A stretch of 63,746 nt of DNA, the filler included, from Salisapilia sapeloensis CBS 127946 (taxonomy: Eukaryota; Protista; Oomycota): assembly GCA_023334545.1 (NCBI GenBank). It is 19 parts of 19 records of this genome, joined end to end, with 100 filler letters (N's around TTAATTAATTAA, not from the genome) between each part and the next. Parts side by side here need not be neighbours in the genome. Positions count along the whole stretch, not along the records: positions 1 to 3,037 come from JAADVB010000798.1; positions 3,138 to 7,145 come from JAADVB010000700.1; positions 7,246 to 10,166 come from JAADVB010000817.1; positions 10,267 to 16,054 come from JAADVB010000590.1; 15 more parts are not named here. One strand, given 5' to 3'. The position numbers were made by a program, and so were the translations under genes. Shown here one piece after another: positions 1-11,396 of this stretch. How positions within the stretch are numbered: position 1 is the first letter of the stretch; each line of letters opens with the position of its first letter. The notes beneath the pieces are model-generated. The model did no database searches, was not told the origin of the DNA, and saw only the letters and a program-made list of their open reading frames with translations.

Positions 1-2200
1 CGACAAGACTTCAAGGCACGACTGGTGCTCGAGATGTGCAAATTTGAAAAAGCGCGCGAAACAGTCACTCGACTTGGTGATCTTTTCGCTTTACTTGCGC
101 TAGTTAGCTCTTCGCTTTTATTTCGGAGCAGACACAGTACAGTGGTGAACGAAATAGTTAATTGATATTTGTGACTTGCACTGTCCACCGTCCGACTTCT
201 CGCTCGCATGATCAACTTACAATGATAGATACTTTATCGGCTGATATGGAACTCATGTCTTTAGATCACTTTCGTGGCGCTTCTAAAATTTCTATATTAC
301 GAGCTGCAATTGCAAAATGTCAAGAGCTACATGCAAACTCAAGGTCTCAGGCTCTCTTTCGTGCTTATACACACTACGAACGAAAGATGATCAAGTGTAT
401 GTACCAAATTTGGTTATAACCAGATACATCGGCTAAATCCTATACTCGGGTGGCCTACTCGTGGTATCTAAGATAAAGCTGATACTCTAGCTGATGGTTG
501 GCACCATATACTGCAGCAGAAATAGTCATCCGAAGAGGCACAAGCACCCGTTTTGGAGTGGATGGAAGATGTAACTAGATCGCGGCGTGATGAACTCTCT
601 AAGCTTGATAATTCTATTTAAGATTACGAAATAGCAGCTGAGATCAAGAGTATTAAAGTTGGCAAAGCTGTTGGACCTGACCAATATGGTAATGGCTGGT
701 ATCAAGACTACATCGAACAGCTAGTTCCGTTATTTACCATTTTACATGAACTTATGGATCAAGGAGGGAGTATTTCCAAAGTTGTTTGGGAAATCGTATA
801 CCTTCTGTATACATGAGAAAGGCCCAACAGAGGAGGCGTTAAACTATCGTCCAATGGCGCTCCTCAATTCAGACTATAAAATGTTGATGTGGGTCTACAC
901 AAGCAGAGTCAATCCTACATTTCCACAACTTATACATCCTAATCAGCATGGGTTCGTGCCGGACCGGAGCATATATACCATACTGGATATCTACGCGGCT
1001 GCCGCTAACATGGCGATATTAGATCTACAGCAAAAAGCATTAATGCTTCTGCTTGACTTCACCCTTATGATTCTTTGGATCGACAATACATGCTAAAGAT
1101 TTCAGAGCGCTATGGCTACCCTGCGTTGTTCTGCCGACTGATTGCAAAAATGCACGGAAATACAACAACGCGGTTCCTTGCAAATGGAAGCACTTCACGG
1201 GAGATATCCGTTACCAGTGGTATTCGACAAGGATGTCCACTTGCTCCTCTGCATTTCATCTTAGCACTCGATCAGCTTTACCGCGCTGTCGATGGCAGCG
1301 CAAGCATCTCAGGTGTCTCTTTACAGACCACCATGCTAACCTTACCGCTTAAATATTCTGGCTACGCTGATGATACTTTTATCTACCAGAGACAGCCTGA
1401 TGAAATACCAACTTTTCTATGGCAACGCAGTTTGGGAATGCATCTGGTTTACAGCTGAACACATCCAAAACGCTCGCACTTACACTGGCGGAAAACACCA
1501 CTGCCATACCTGCACTACACACTGATGTGTTGCCCTCCCACCAGGACATGAACTTATTACCTTTACACAAGGCCGAACGGTACCTGGGTGTTCAAGTTGG
1601 CAACCAAACCTGACCGGATACATCGTGGGACCTTGTAGCTACTCAATTACGCATACAATTGCATTTAGCACAGCAAAAAACGTTGACTGTAGACCAACGG
1701 AGTGAAATCGCAACCGCTGTCATCGTACCAAAGCTGCTCTATGTATCCAGGCATGAATTGCGGTCCATAGCAGCCGTTCAACTGATGCAGCGTCGTCTTC
1801 GTAATTTTGTCTGGTTTGGTATGTTTCAAGAAGATGCACGAGGTAGAGCCTACATTAATCAAGATATTGCGCTGCTGACAAGTGCAGAAGGAAGATTGGC
1901 TGTTCCGGACTTAAAATTTGAGCTGTTGGCGATGGCATCCACAGTCATCACGGAGGTATCCCTAAGAGGATGTCAGATGACACGACTGCTAATGAACATT
2001 CTAGGTTCAACGCTGGAAACGCTGCCGAGACCGTTGCTGTATGTCACGTCGGACTTTAATCCAAGATATAGTCCAAGTCAGGTCAATAGCGTGAACCTCT
2101 GGCTATCTGGTACAACGGTCATTGAGACTGCAGAAGATGTATCACCGGCGATCGACGCAACCACAAGAGTAAAATTACTGCTGGCTTTGATTCGATATTT
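1..2200 (+). mobile_element. Decayed L1/Tx1-like non-LTR retrotransposon ORF2 (reverse transcriptase), frameshifted
   Basis: Motifs across several frames: KAVGPDQYGNGWY (~660), NYRPMALLNSDYK, IHPNQHGFVPDR, SGIRQGCPLAPLHF, YADDT, LQLNTSKT, ERYLGVQVG, AQQKTLTVDQR. Confidence 0.88.
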
Positions 2201-2216
2201 CTTTATCTTTTTTTTG

Positions 2217-3037
2217 TGAGGTACATTGATGTCAAGTTTCTTATGATGTCTAATGTCCGTCCCGAGGATGCGCTAGTCGCATGCTCGCCTACCGGCCCAG
2301 CCGTGCACCAAAAAGGTCTTTACATATGGTCTATAGGTAGACTATATACTATGTATCCGTAAGTTCCATCCATCCCCTATTTCAGACATCAATTGGTCTG
2401 AATATGGAAGCTTTAATGACAAAGTCTGCAGATTTGTTGCGTTATCCGAGATGACTTGGCGCCGTTGCACTGCCTCCTGTGCAAGGCTGCGTGTTGATTG
2501 ATAGTAGCTCGACTCTATCGTAGTCCAGGAAGCAACCTTATGCGTATCAGCCAATTTTCTTCCTGTCCAGTACACGCTATGAAGGAAACTTTTCTTCAGT
2601 GGTACGCATGCCGCGTACTGCCTGACAATGATTTTTGTATGTGACACTACATGGACTGGCCCCCAGCCGTGTTCGATACAGACTTTCAATCCCGTGACAA
2701 GGCTTTGATGTAGTTGATATAGCTGAGAGGTCTGGCGATCTGGTTGAGTCGGTTCACCTTTGTAAAAGACTAAACTTGCCTCTGCTATTGAGCTGCCAAT
2801 TTGCATAATTGTGAGCGCTCTCCCACTTGCTTTTAGTGAAGGAAATGCTAGACCAGCTAGGAATAGCACGTATTTGACTGGTTCTGTCACCAATAGCATG
2901 TTTGGAACGTTCGCTTCGACCTTGTCCAACTTATTGTTTCGCATATATCTATGTACAATCAAAATTACATCAAAAGCGATATCTATGCTCGTAGTCGAGA
3001 GATACGCACGCTCCCATCAAGTATGGCCAATCACCAA
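2217..3037 (-). mobile_element. 3' end of a second L1-like element (degenerate RNase H-like domain, 3' UTR, A-rich tail), nested in the first in opposite orientation
   Basis: ORF 2342-2962 aligns by eye to archaeal-type RNase HI (GL..C...G..PVHVV, LAD...SW) with the acidic catalytic residues replaced. It ends in GACATCAATGTACCTCA plus an A-rich tail, and that terminus is shared with the element at 11397. Confidence 0.7.
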
Positions 3038-3137
3038 NNNNNNNNNNNNNNNNNNNNNNNNNNNNNNNNNNNNNNNNNNNNTTAATTAATTAANNNNNNN
3101 NNNNNNNNNNNNNNNNNNNNNNNNNNNNNNNNNNNNN
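3038..3137. other. Artificial contig linker (44 N + TTAATTAATTAA + 44 N); first of 18
   Basis: Identical 100-bp block with stops in all six frames. Others at 7146-7245, 10167-10266, 16055-16154, 19920-20019, 23155-23254, 26012-26111, 28252-28351, 36384-36483, 37746-37845, 39233-39332, 45906-46005, 47357-47456, 48820-48919, 49931-50030, 52361-52460, 59558-59657, 62173-62272. Confidence 0.98.
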
Positions 3138-3193
3138 CGAACACAAAACCAGATGATTGCTATATGATGCGATTCGGATGAGCTTGGTCTTGT

Positions 3194-5532
3194 CTAGGAA
3201 GCGTGTGTGGCCGGTCGATGCGCCTGGAGGTCCAGGTGGATCTCTCCGCTTGTGACTGGCATGACGACAGACGGCCGCCTCGTTTTCGCTTCGCTGCAAG
3301 AGTGGAGTGATTGTCAGTCGGAAGCAAGAGGATGCCAAGCGATTGGCAATCGTACCTGTCGGTAGTCGGTGCGTCCGGTGCTACCTCGTGCAAGGTAGAC
3401 AGCTCATGGACAAAGTCGCCGGGTGTGACGAAAGACGTGGATCCGATGAAGACGTCTCGTTCCTCGCTCTGTCGGAGCTCGTAGACGGCTCGGAGCTATG
3501 AAGACACACAGGTCAGGCAGGTCAGAAGGCACACGTAGAGTAGATCAAGACGTACCTCGGAGTAGGTGGCGCCTCCGCAGACAAACACGATCGCCTTGTT
3601 TCGTGAGTGGTTGGACGCATCGGTCTGTAGGAATAAAAGTGAGTCCATCGATCGTCCTTGCTTCTACGAAAAGGCCAAAGAGGACGTACCGTGCCGCTGC
3701 GACTGCTGGCGAGAAGCTTGGCTGGCGTTTTCCTAGAGCACCGCAGTACAGTTTAGCCAAGATTTCGTTTTGTCAGACGCACATGAAAGACACCTCCGGA
3801 GCGATAAGCCTCCAAACCGCTTCTTGCCAACGTCCTCTGTCACCTTCTCCTTTTCACTCGGAGGAGGAGCGATCACGTACGGATAGGACTCCTCGTCCAG
3901 CGTCCGGTCCAGAAGACGCCGCACCACTCTCTTCAGACTCGGGTCGTACCTGGCGTTCGAGTACTCGGTCTCGGCCGCTTGCTTCTTGGCCGCCTTGATC
4001 TCTTCCTCCGACACCCGGCTGATGCCGTGCTGAGCACACGGGTCTCTTCCGCCAAAGGCAGAAAAGTTCTCCAGCGCCCTCAGCTGCTCCTTTGACAGCT
4101 CGGCAGCGTCCAGCACCTTCCTCTTGTCGGCGTACTTGACTGCGTCCTGTGTGAGGAAGAAGACGACGGCGACTCGGAACCGGTCTTGCTGGCTCAGACT
4201 GCCGTCGCGGAGGACGTCCAGCAGCACCTTTTCAAGCGCAGGCCACTTGACGCGCTTTCCTCCGTCGTCTACGCCGATGGCCATCGACTGCTCCACCTTG
4301 GAAGCGTCCAGCAGCTTGGACTGCGTGAAGACGTCCATCGCTTTGCTGGCCAGATACAGATGCTGCGACAGCTTGGAAAGCGTCTCGCGGTACTCTGGCA
4401 GCTCGCGGATGGCCGCGGCCACGGACTGCATGCCACCTGACGACAGCGTATCTTTGGATGACATGGACGCTCCGATCGCAGAGGAAGAGAGCTCCTTCAT
4501 CCTCTCCGTCAGCCGCGTGCTCACGTCGGCGATGTGCGTGTGCCGGAACTCGGTCCAGAGCGCGTCGTTCTCGCTCAGGATCGCCGTCCGGTCCACCACT
4601 TGGCCGCTGTTCGTCTCGGACGGGTACGCCACCTGGTCGTTCTCCACCTCCAGCAGATCATAGACCATGGCCTGGAACGTGGCCTCGTGCATGAACGGAG
4701 AGACGAGGTCGTCTCCTCTGTCCAGCAGCAGCAGCGTGCCTCGGTCCGAAGCGTAGGCAAAGTCCTTGTCCTTCGCGACGTGCTCATTCATGTGCGTCTG
4801 GAAGAGGTTTGCGAGTCTCTGGATGCGCCGGCAGCTGCTGCTATGTCGGACGTACGGGTACTCTCCGAGGGCGACGCACGTGGACACCAGCTTCCTGCTG
4901 ATCTGGTGCAGGAGCCGCTCTTCGCTCGCTTGTCGCTCCTCCTGGGACAGCGCCGGAGACACCATCGAGTGCGTCACGTTCGGCATGTTCAAGGAGAAGG
5001 CTGCTCTCTCCAGTGCCAAGAAGTCGACGTGCATCTCCTGGAGCGCTCGGAGCCGAGACATGAGTCCGACTGGCGCCTCCTGGAGCTGGCGGAAGACGTC
5101 GTCCGGCGCTTGGGACGAAAAGAAGAGGTGGACACTCTTGTACGTCGGCTTGTCGGTGTTCTGGAAGTCCGACACGAGCCTCGAGACAGCGAAGGCAGAG
5201 GGAGAAACAAAGTAGACTGCGTGCATGTCCGGCAGCGGCTGCCTGTCCAGCTCGAGTCGCTCGACGATGGAGACGCCGCAGTCCGTCAGGTCACTCATCC
5301 GCGCCACGCTCGAGAGCACCTTGGTCGAGTGGTCGTCCAGGACGAGCACGACCCAGCCTCTGGCGCGCTGGGCAACGCGCTTGATCATCTGCAGGAGCAG
5401 CCGGTCCTGCACCGTCTTCCTCAGACTCGTGCCGCTATCAGCTCTGTGCTTGTCGGCCGAGGCATCACTGTCGCCCCTGGCCCTCGTCTCCTGCCGAACG
5501 ACCTGCCGCTTGCCTTCGCTCGCCGTTTTCAT
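3194..5532 (-). CDS. SEC1: Sec1/Munc18 (syntaxin-binding) family protein, with ~4 short introns near the 3' end
   Basis: Motifs VLVLD, LLLLDRGDDLVSPFMHEATFQAM, LSQHL. Splicing GT-AG introns (first at 3733-3793) restores the C-terminal motif AIVFVCGGATYSE-LRAVYEL...IGSTSFVTP. The final exon and stop (~3194) are inferred. Confidence 0.92.
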
Positions 5533-5612
5533 GGCAGACGGCGGCTCTTTCTAGATGCCGAAACGGACACTCTAGCTATTTCCACACGAACGAACGCTTC
5601 TAAAGTCTACCG

Positions 5613-6203
5613 CTAGTCCTTTGTTTCTCGCTTACTCTCACCCCCCTTCCTCTCCTGTCGCTGGCTCCTCAGCTCCGCATCCCATGACTGCACCAGCGGC
5701 GTCTTGAAGTAGCCCTCGGTGCCGCTGAAAAAGCTCTCCAGATCCTTGTCCTGACCGCCCTCGTACTCGTCTGCCTGGAGGATCATCTCGAACTTGTCAA
5801 AGTCCTTCACCATGCGAGCCTCCGCCGAAGACCCGGCCTCGTACTCGCTCCACAGCTCCTGCATCTCCTGCGCTGCCGCCGTCTCGCTGCCGACGATGCT
5901 GCAGATCTCGTCCATGGCCTCTTTCTCCATCTGATGCTTGTCCTTCTCCGCCACGCCATCGTACGGCGTGATGTCGCCCACGAAAGACTCGGCCAAGTCG
6001 TGCACGATCGCCATCTTGATGCACCTCGACCGGTCCACGCCGTCCCGCTGCTCGTCCAACAGGAGACCGCACATGGCCATGCGGTACATGTGGTCCGCGA
6101 CGGACTCGGGCAGCTCCACGCCGTTGTTCACCCACCCCGTGCGCTTCAGCCTCTTCAGTCGCCCGCAGATACGGAGGAAATCGAGCGCACTCGTCGGCTT
6201 CAT
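5613..6203 (-). CDS. HDDC2: HD-domain 5'-deoxynucleotidase, HDDC2/YfbR-like
   Basis: RLKRLKRTGW, ESVADHMYRMA, VHDLAESFVGDITP, KDFDKFEMILQADEYE. Confidence 0.95.
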   Translation of the reverse strand: MKPTSALDFLRICGRLKRLKRTGWVNNGVELPESVADHMYRMAMCGLLLDEQRDGVDRSRCIKMAIVHDLAESFVGDITPYDGVAEKDKHQMEKEAMDEICSIVGSETAAAQEMQELWSEYEAGSSAEARMVKDFDKFEMILQADEYEGGQDKDLESFFSGTEGYFKTPLVQSWDAELRSQRQERKGGESKRETKD

Positions 6204-6260
6204 CTCTTCTTCGGTCCTTTGGTGCCAAATGCTTTAGTCCGAAACATACGCTGTGGCCAA

Positions 6261-6695
6261 TCAACGAGGGTGCGGATCGCTAGATGGCCACGAAGGCATG
6301 TTCGTCAGCAAGATGCATGCGACTGCAGCGGCGGAGGATCTCTCAAATAGGTCGTGTCTGCGGCTAGTAGATGTCAGAGCTATGAAGCGGCATGGCACAA
6401 AAGTCAATGGTAACTTCATATCGATACGCAGGCGGTCGATGCCAGTGTATCTTGGATGCAACGCAGTGGGATACGCAGTCGCCGATATCGCATCATGGTA
6501 ACTGGATAGGAGGCGTGGATCCTGCTTCGGGCGGAACGATAGCTTGAACGACCTTTGCGATGCGTAGACGACCAATGTCGAGAACCGTTCGTCAAGATGA
6601 TGCAGTTGTTTCGTGTCAGACAGCACTTTGACGGTCCCGGTGTATGTCGAACGAGCGGATTGGACACGAAGCAGGCGGGCACTTATCGTATTCAC
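6261..6695 (-). CDS. Possible hypothetical protein (exon)
   Basis: 144-codon open frame just upstream of HDDC2; no motif recognised. Confidence 0.25.
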   Translation of the reverse strand: MNTISARLLRVQSARSTYTGTVKVLSDTKQLHHLDERFSTLVVYASQRSFKLSFRPKQDPRLLSSYHDAISATAYPTALHPRYTGIDRLRIDMKLPLTFVPCRFIALTSTSRRHDLFERSSAAAVACILLTNMPSWPSSDPHPR

Positions 6696-7245
6696 GAGAG
6701 GAACCCGCGCTTGCCACTTGGCCTCGACGATGCCACATAAGCTTCAGACTTGGAGGGAAGGTGGAGTGCGAACTTTGTGCAGGTCTTGGAAACTTGGACC
6801 GATTTTTTTGTATTCGCCCGATACAGTGCTTACACGAGTGCGTATGAAATACACGATAGAATGCGAACATGCCTAGTTCAGAGTTCTTGCAGAGATGAGA
6901 CCGCCTTCCTCATCTCTCTAGCTTCACTCATTTTGTGATGCACCAATGCAAACACTTGCAGCCTGTAGCAATGTACCTATGGCCATGGCCATCCAAGTAC
7001 AGCGCAGTACTACAAACTCGTACCACCTCGGGAACTACATCGCTTGTGCTACTCTCGTCCATGGTCATTCAATTGTACCGACATGTCGAGATCCTCTTTA
7101 GCTTTGCAAACTCAAGGAGCGAAGCGCTACGGCGTAGACTCTTGANNNNNNNNNNNNNNNNNNNNNNNNNNNNNNNNNNNNNNNNNNNNTTAATTAATTA
7201 ANNNNNNNNNNNNNNNNNNNNNNNNNNNNNNNNNNNNNNNNNNNN

Positions 7246-7473
7246 CAGCTGTGAGAACCCATTGGGTTGGATGAGTGCACCAAAACAAGGGTATTGACGC
7301 GTTGCGATTGTGGCAGTGTACGACATTGCAATCAGCTCTTGACCCAATGCGGATGAATAACTAACATCAGGTATAGATGGTTGTGAGCTGGTTGTAGTTG
7401 TGGAAGCGAGAAAATCATCGAATGATGCATTAGCAGAAATGACCATGCTAGCATACAGCAAGAGAAGGATCAA
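7246..7473 (-). CDS. N-terminus of a putative secreted protein, truncated by a gap
   Basis: Hydrophobic signal-like start MILLLLYASMVISANA. YTATI..QYPCFGALIQP weakly resembles the CGGALISP motif of oomycete trypsin-like proteins. Confidence 0.4.
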
Positions 7474-8799
7474 TATGCTGGTCTTGAATGACGATTTACT
7501 TTATGGTGAGATGCCGTCCGTGAACTATACACCATATAAACTTCTGCTGGTAAGTCATTCGAAAGAATCAGAGGTATCAGACCCAGGATATCGTGAGACA
7601 TTCGCCCGTTGACAACCAACCGAAGAGTAATGGTCTGAAAATGTACGTAGAATACTTGGCGTAGTGAGGAATTGGTCTTCTTTCCTATTCGTACCGAGAA
7701 GCTTGGTAGATGCTATTTCATTCGTACTTCTTTTTCCTGGTGATAGAAGCGTATTTGTATAAACGCTAGGATCATTGTGACGATAGTTTCATTGTTTAAA
7801 GGCAAACGCGGAAAGGAGGTGATGTACTCTTACTCTTGTGGATATGGAAAACGCGTTTCTGTCTACTTTATGCACCTGGTACCACCAGATCGTCACCAAA
7901 GGTTCTACAGTGCCGATCATACCATTATTTGCTACTTTGCTTTAGCCTCTTCCTTGATTAAGGTTGAGATTTGGGTCTAAGGTCACGGTTGTGCTGAGGA
8001 GGTGTTCAATGAGATTGATGACCAATGATCGTAAAAAGTGTTATTGTAATCTAGATGGGTCAAGTTTACGTCTGTCGAGAGTTCCCTTTTTGATATACTC
8101 GTGTATCACCGAATTGTTTGATCGCACCCCGGCTAGACCGAACTCGCTACTGATGAACTTGATGCAGCTAAAGCTGCCGCTAGGGTCACTCAATTTATTG
8201 AAGAATGACGAATACAGACGTGAAACAGCTCGATGAGGGGTTTCCATGACAAAAACCTTAATATGGAATAACTACTGTCAAACTTTGACCTATCTACAAA
8301 TTTTTATAAAGAATTTATGAGGCGTATTTCCAATTGCAGATTTGGTGCATTCATTAATATGGTAACGGATCTGCCGAAGACAATTGCCAAATGAGACTCG
8401 AACGAACGCATCGCAAGTGTATGCTTAATTAAACTGCCATAAATATGTAAGCATCGGACACGCCTACTACCGCACAATATATCGATCATCTTGTGCAGCT
8501 GCACTTGGTTGCGCTAGCGTAAATGCTATCACAGTTGCTGCTATTTAAATATCTGCCATTTTAAATCCATCGAAAACAATTGACCTTATAAACAATATAG
8601 AAACTTGGCCTCCTCTTAGCTTTCACGCTAAAACGATTTGGGAAGTGATCTAGTATTTGGCTGGTATCATTGGCAACACAAACTATTTGCAAGAAATAGA
8701 CATAGTTTTGATGCGGAGAACTTCAACTAATAAATATAAACTACCTTCGATAGCTTTGATGACCTTGGGAGTCTCCGAGTAGCATTAATAGAAGGCAGT

Positions 8800-9360
8800 A
8801 ACCAAGAGCGTGCCATTTTACTGACATTCGATTCGAGAACCCCCATTCGGGTGAAATCTTCTGCATGCAGCAAGTCAGATCCAACGACAACATCATCTAT
8901 TCAAAATTCACCTGAGGTTTCCCAGTCCTTTGCATTTAGAGTTGGACGCTAGCTGGATAACAGCGTCTCGGGCATGAACTGTCACTTTATCGACTCCCCG
9001 GCCGGGGTCCTTCAACTTATCGGGGCCCGAAAGGCACCATAGCAGGCAACACGACTGATCCAGATAACACGTCATATGCGGGCGTCTTCACCGAGGAGCA
9101 CCAAGCCCTACTTCCAGAAGTATGGAAGACAGGTTGCACCATTCTCGTGGCGCAGTGTTGGCGACGGCGCAATGACAACAGCTACAGAAGCCAAACTGGA
9201 AGAGCATCTTAGCAATCTTTGTCACCCGGAACACAACCCTTGCACAACTCTAAGCCATAAATAGAAGTTCACGCTGGAATCGTCACGACCTGGTCAAAGC
9301 ATCCACATACAGGGACATCGCATCCGCAAAGCGGGCGAGTCCACCCGGAGTCCCAAGAGG
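8800..9360 (+). mobile_element. Decayed LINE ORF2 C-terminal remnant
   Basis: Reads ..ACHF....ENPH..C.. then EVWKTGCTILVAQCWRRRND, resembling the zinc-knuckle and W..RN region of L1 ORF2. It is interrupted by stops. Confidence 0.35.
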
Positions 9361-9788
9361 TAATGGTTTAAAATACTTATTCGTTGTCACAAAATAGCTA
9401 GTTGGAGAATAGCGTAAATCTAGGGGATGTCTCCTTAATTAAAAGCGAAAATGATGAGATGGACTTGTTGGCGATGAAGCTAAAGTTTATCGAAAAGCTG
9501 TAATCGAAGACGACCAAATGATAATATTGGGGAGAAACGAAGCGATTCAGTCTAATTTCGAAAGTATTGGTCAATCGAAGGTAAAAGAGTTTAAATGAGG
9601 ATAGCTGCTTATGTCGAACCACTAGGTGCAACTATACTCTTAAGCCATGTACTAGATCATTTTCCAAAACAATTCGAGGGCCCATCTCTAAGTGCGTCAA
9701 GATCAAACAAAAATTTAAACCTAGTGCCATTGAAATCAACTCTTTAAGCACAGCTAAACCGAAGTTCTTAAGTCATGCTAATCATTTC

Positions 9789-10166
9789 TTAGTTGTCATT
9801 CGTTATTTCATCCAGTCGGAGACGCAGTTCAGTCATTTTCAGCCACGCCAGTTGACGACCACGCTCTTGGTCGTTCAGAGAAAGTTCGGAAATGCTTCCT
9901 CTCCACACTTTTTCAATCATTGTATCTAACTCATCTTCGTCACTTCGTCTACCTTGAGTAAGAGATTCCTCTTGCGCAGACCTTTTCGACTCAAAAACCT
10001 GGACATTTTCATTTGTCGAAGTCAGCTGGGCAAAGGCGCTCAGTGAGCCTTCAGTTGAAGGACTGCATTGATCTAAGCCGAACTCATACACCTCGCCAGC
10101 GCAGGATTCCCTGTCAGACCAGGCAATAGATCGATCCGTCAGTTGAGAAATCCTAGCTGGTTCAAC
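9789..10166 (-). CDS. C-terminus of a multicopy family (copy C1), probably START-like/FYVE
   Basis: YEF..DQ.SPSTEGSL.AFA...IIE.VWR...QER.RQLAWLKMTELRLR is shared with 48447-48819 and 49521-49930. Runs into the gap. Confidence 0.7.
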   Translation of the reverse strand, partial: VEPARISQLTDRSIAWSDRESCAGEVYEFGLDQCSPSTEGSLSAFAQLTSTNENVQVFESKRSAQEESLTQGRRSDEDELDTMIEKVWRGSISELSLNDQERGRQLAWLKMTELRLRLDEITNDN

Positions 10167-10266
10167 NNNNNNNNNNNNNNNNNNNNNNNNNNNNNNNNNN
10201 NNNNNNNNNNTTAATTAATTAANNNNNNNNNNNNNNNNNNNNNNNNNNNNNNNNNNNNNNNNNNNN

Positions 10267-11292
10267 AACTCTGGTCTGTCTGCATCTTGGTGATGTTTTT
10301 CGGATTGCAATTTGCTGCGATACCCAAAAGATCTTCCGAGTCCTCCAACTCCATCTGCATCGAAGTGTTCTGATCAGTGGATTTACGAGGAAGCATGAAA
10401 AAGTCAACGATTCGAAGAAGAGGTTTAGGAACAACGATACCACGCATGCCGTTTAGCTGCATGCCGACATGGCAATGCAACTCCTCTTCGGTCCAAGTGT
10501 AAACGACGTTTGCCATCTCAGTGCATGCCGCCAGCGTTCCTTCTGGCAAAAGTCGTCTGAAGCGCCCGATTGCTCCTTGCTTTCAGATCGTCGTAGCGAT
10601 GCCACGGCGTCGTTTCCACCAGACTGTTCAGCTGTATCTACTTGCGCATTTTGTACGCCAAAGACACGAAGACGTACACGGACAGTCGGATTCGCATCAT
10701 TCCGCTGAGATCGAGCAGCGTCCAAGTCGGTCGCCTTCCGCTCCACGAGTGCTCGTTGCTGGATCACTTCTTCGAACAGTTTACACCGAACGTGCTGCGT
10801 AGTAAAAGCGACGTGCAGCGTCACATCCTCTAGGTCAGTACGAGAATACATGTAGCTAATGCTCGGTCGAGCAGGTGACAAGGTTCTCTCCGTCGCTTGA
10901 TCTTCACTATTCTCATTCGGAAGGTCATCTGGGCCAAAGTTTTGCTGTCCAGAAGCTACAAACATTAAGTAGTGATCACACATAGTCTCAAGAGCGCTCC
11001 GCTCCCATCCACGGTCACCTCAGCTGCCCCCTCTATCTGTTGAACTTAGGATCATATATCGTTGGAGTCCGACCGAACAGGAGCGTCGCCTCTCACAGAA
11101 GCCGTTGAACCTCGGAAGAATCCAGTGCATGCTGTATGGTGCATGAGTATACGCTGCCATTCGAGCTTTTCCATCCGAGTACACAAGTCGCATTCTATCA
11201 GCATGGATGTCGATTACATTCACGTCGTTGAAAAATAGTGCAAAGAAAACCAAATGCTTATCAATAACTATCGGTAGGATATTTCTTATCAA
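10267..11292 (-). pseudogene. Fragmented coding region of a large protein (weakly VPS13-like), with an L1 insertion immediately upstream
   Basis: Three consecutive minus-strand ORFs (11020-11292, 10453-10983, 10267-10549) in different frames. GIVVPKPLLRIVDFF loosely resembles VPS13-type sequence. Confidence 0.3.
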
Positions 11293-11396
11293 TACTCCGA
11301 TTACTGGCGATGTATATTGATTAAACTGTTGTTAGGCAAGCGAGCAGGCTTTCGAGCATTCTTCCTGTGCGTGAGAATTTAATTTGATTTTAAAAT

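Noticed and set aside
3082-3093. TTAATTAATTAA repeated 18 times, as a possible telomere, CRISPR repeat or recombination site
   Set aside because: Always centred in 88 Ns; it is a synthetic six-frame stop linker.
4124-5616. Long plus-strand ORFs (179 and 360 aa) over Sec1, and similar ones over HDDC2, MYB, subtilisin and the Gly-rich gene
   Set aside because: Antisense shadows of GC-rich coding sequence, with no motifs.
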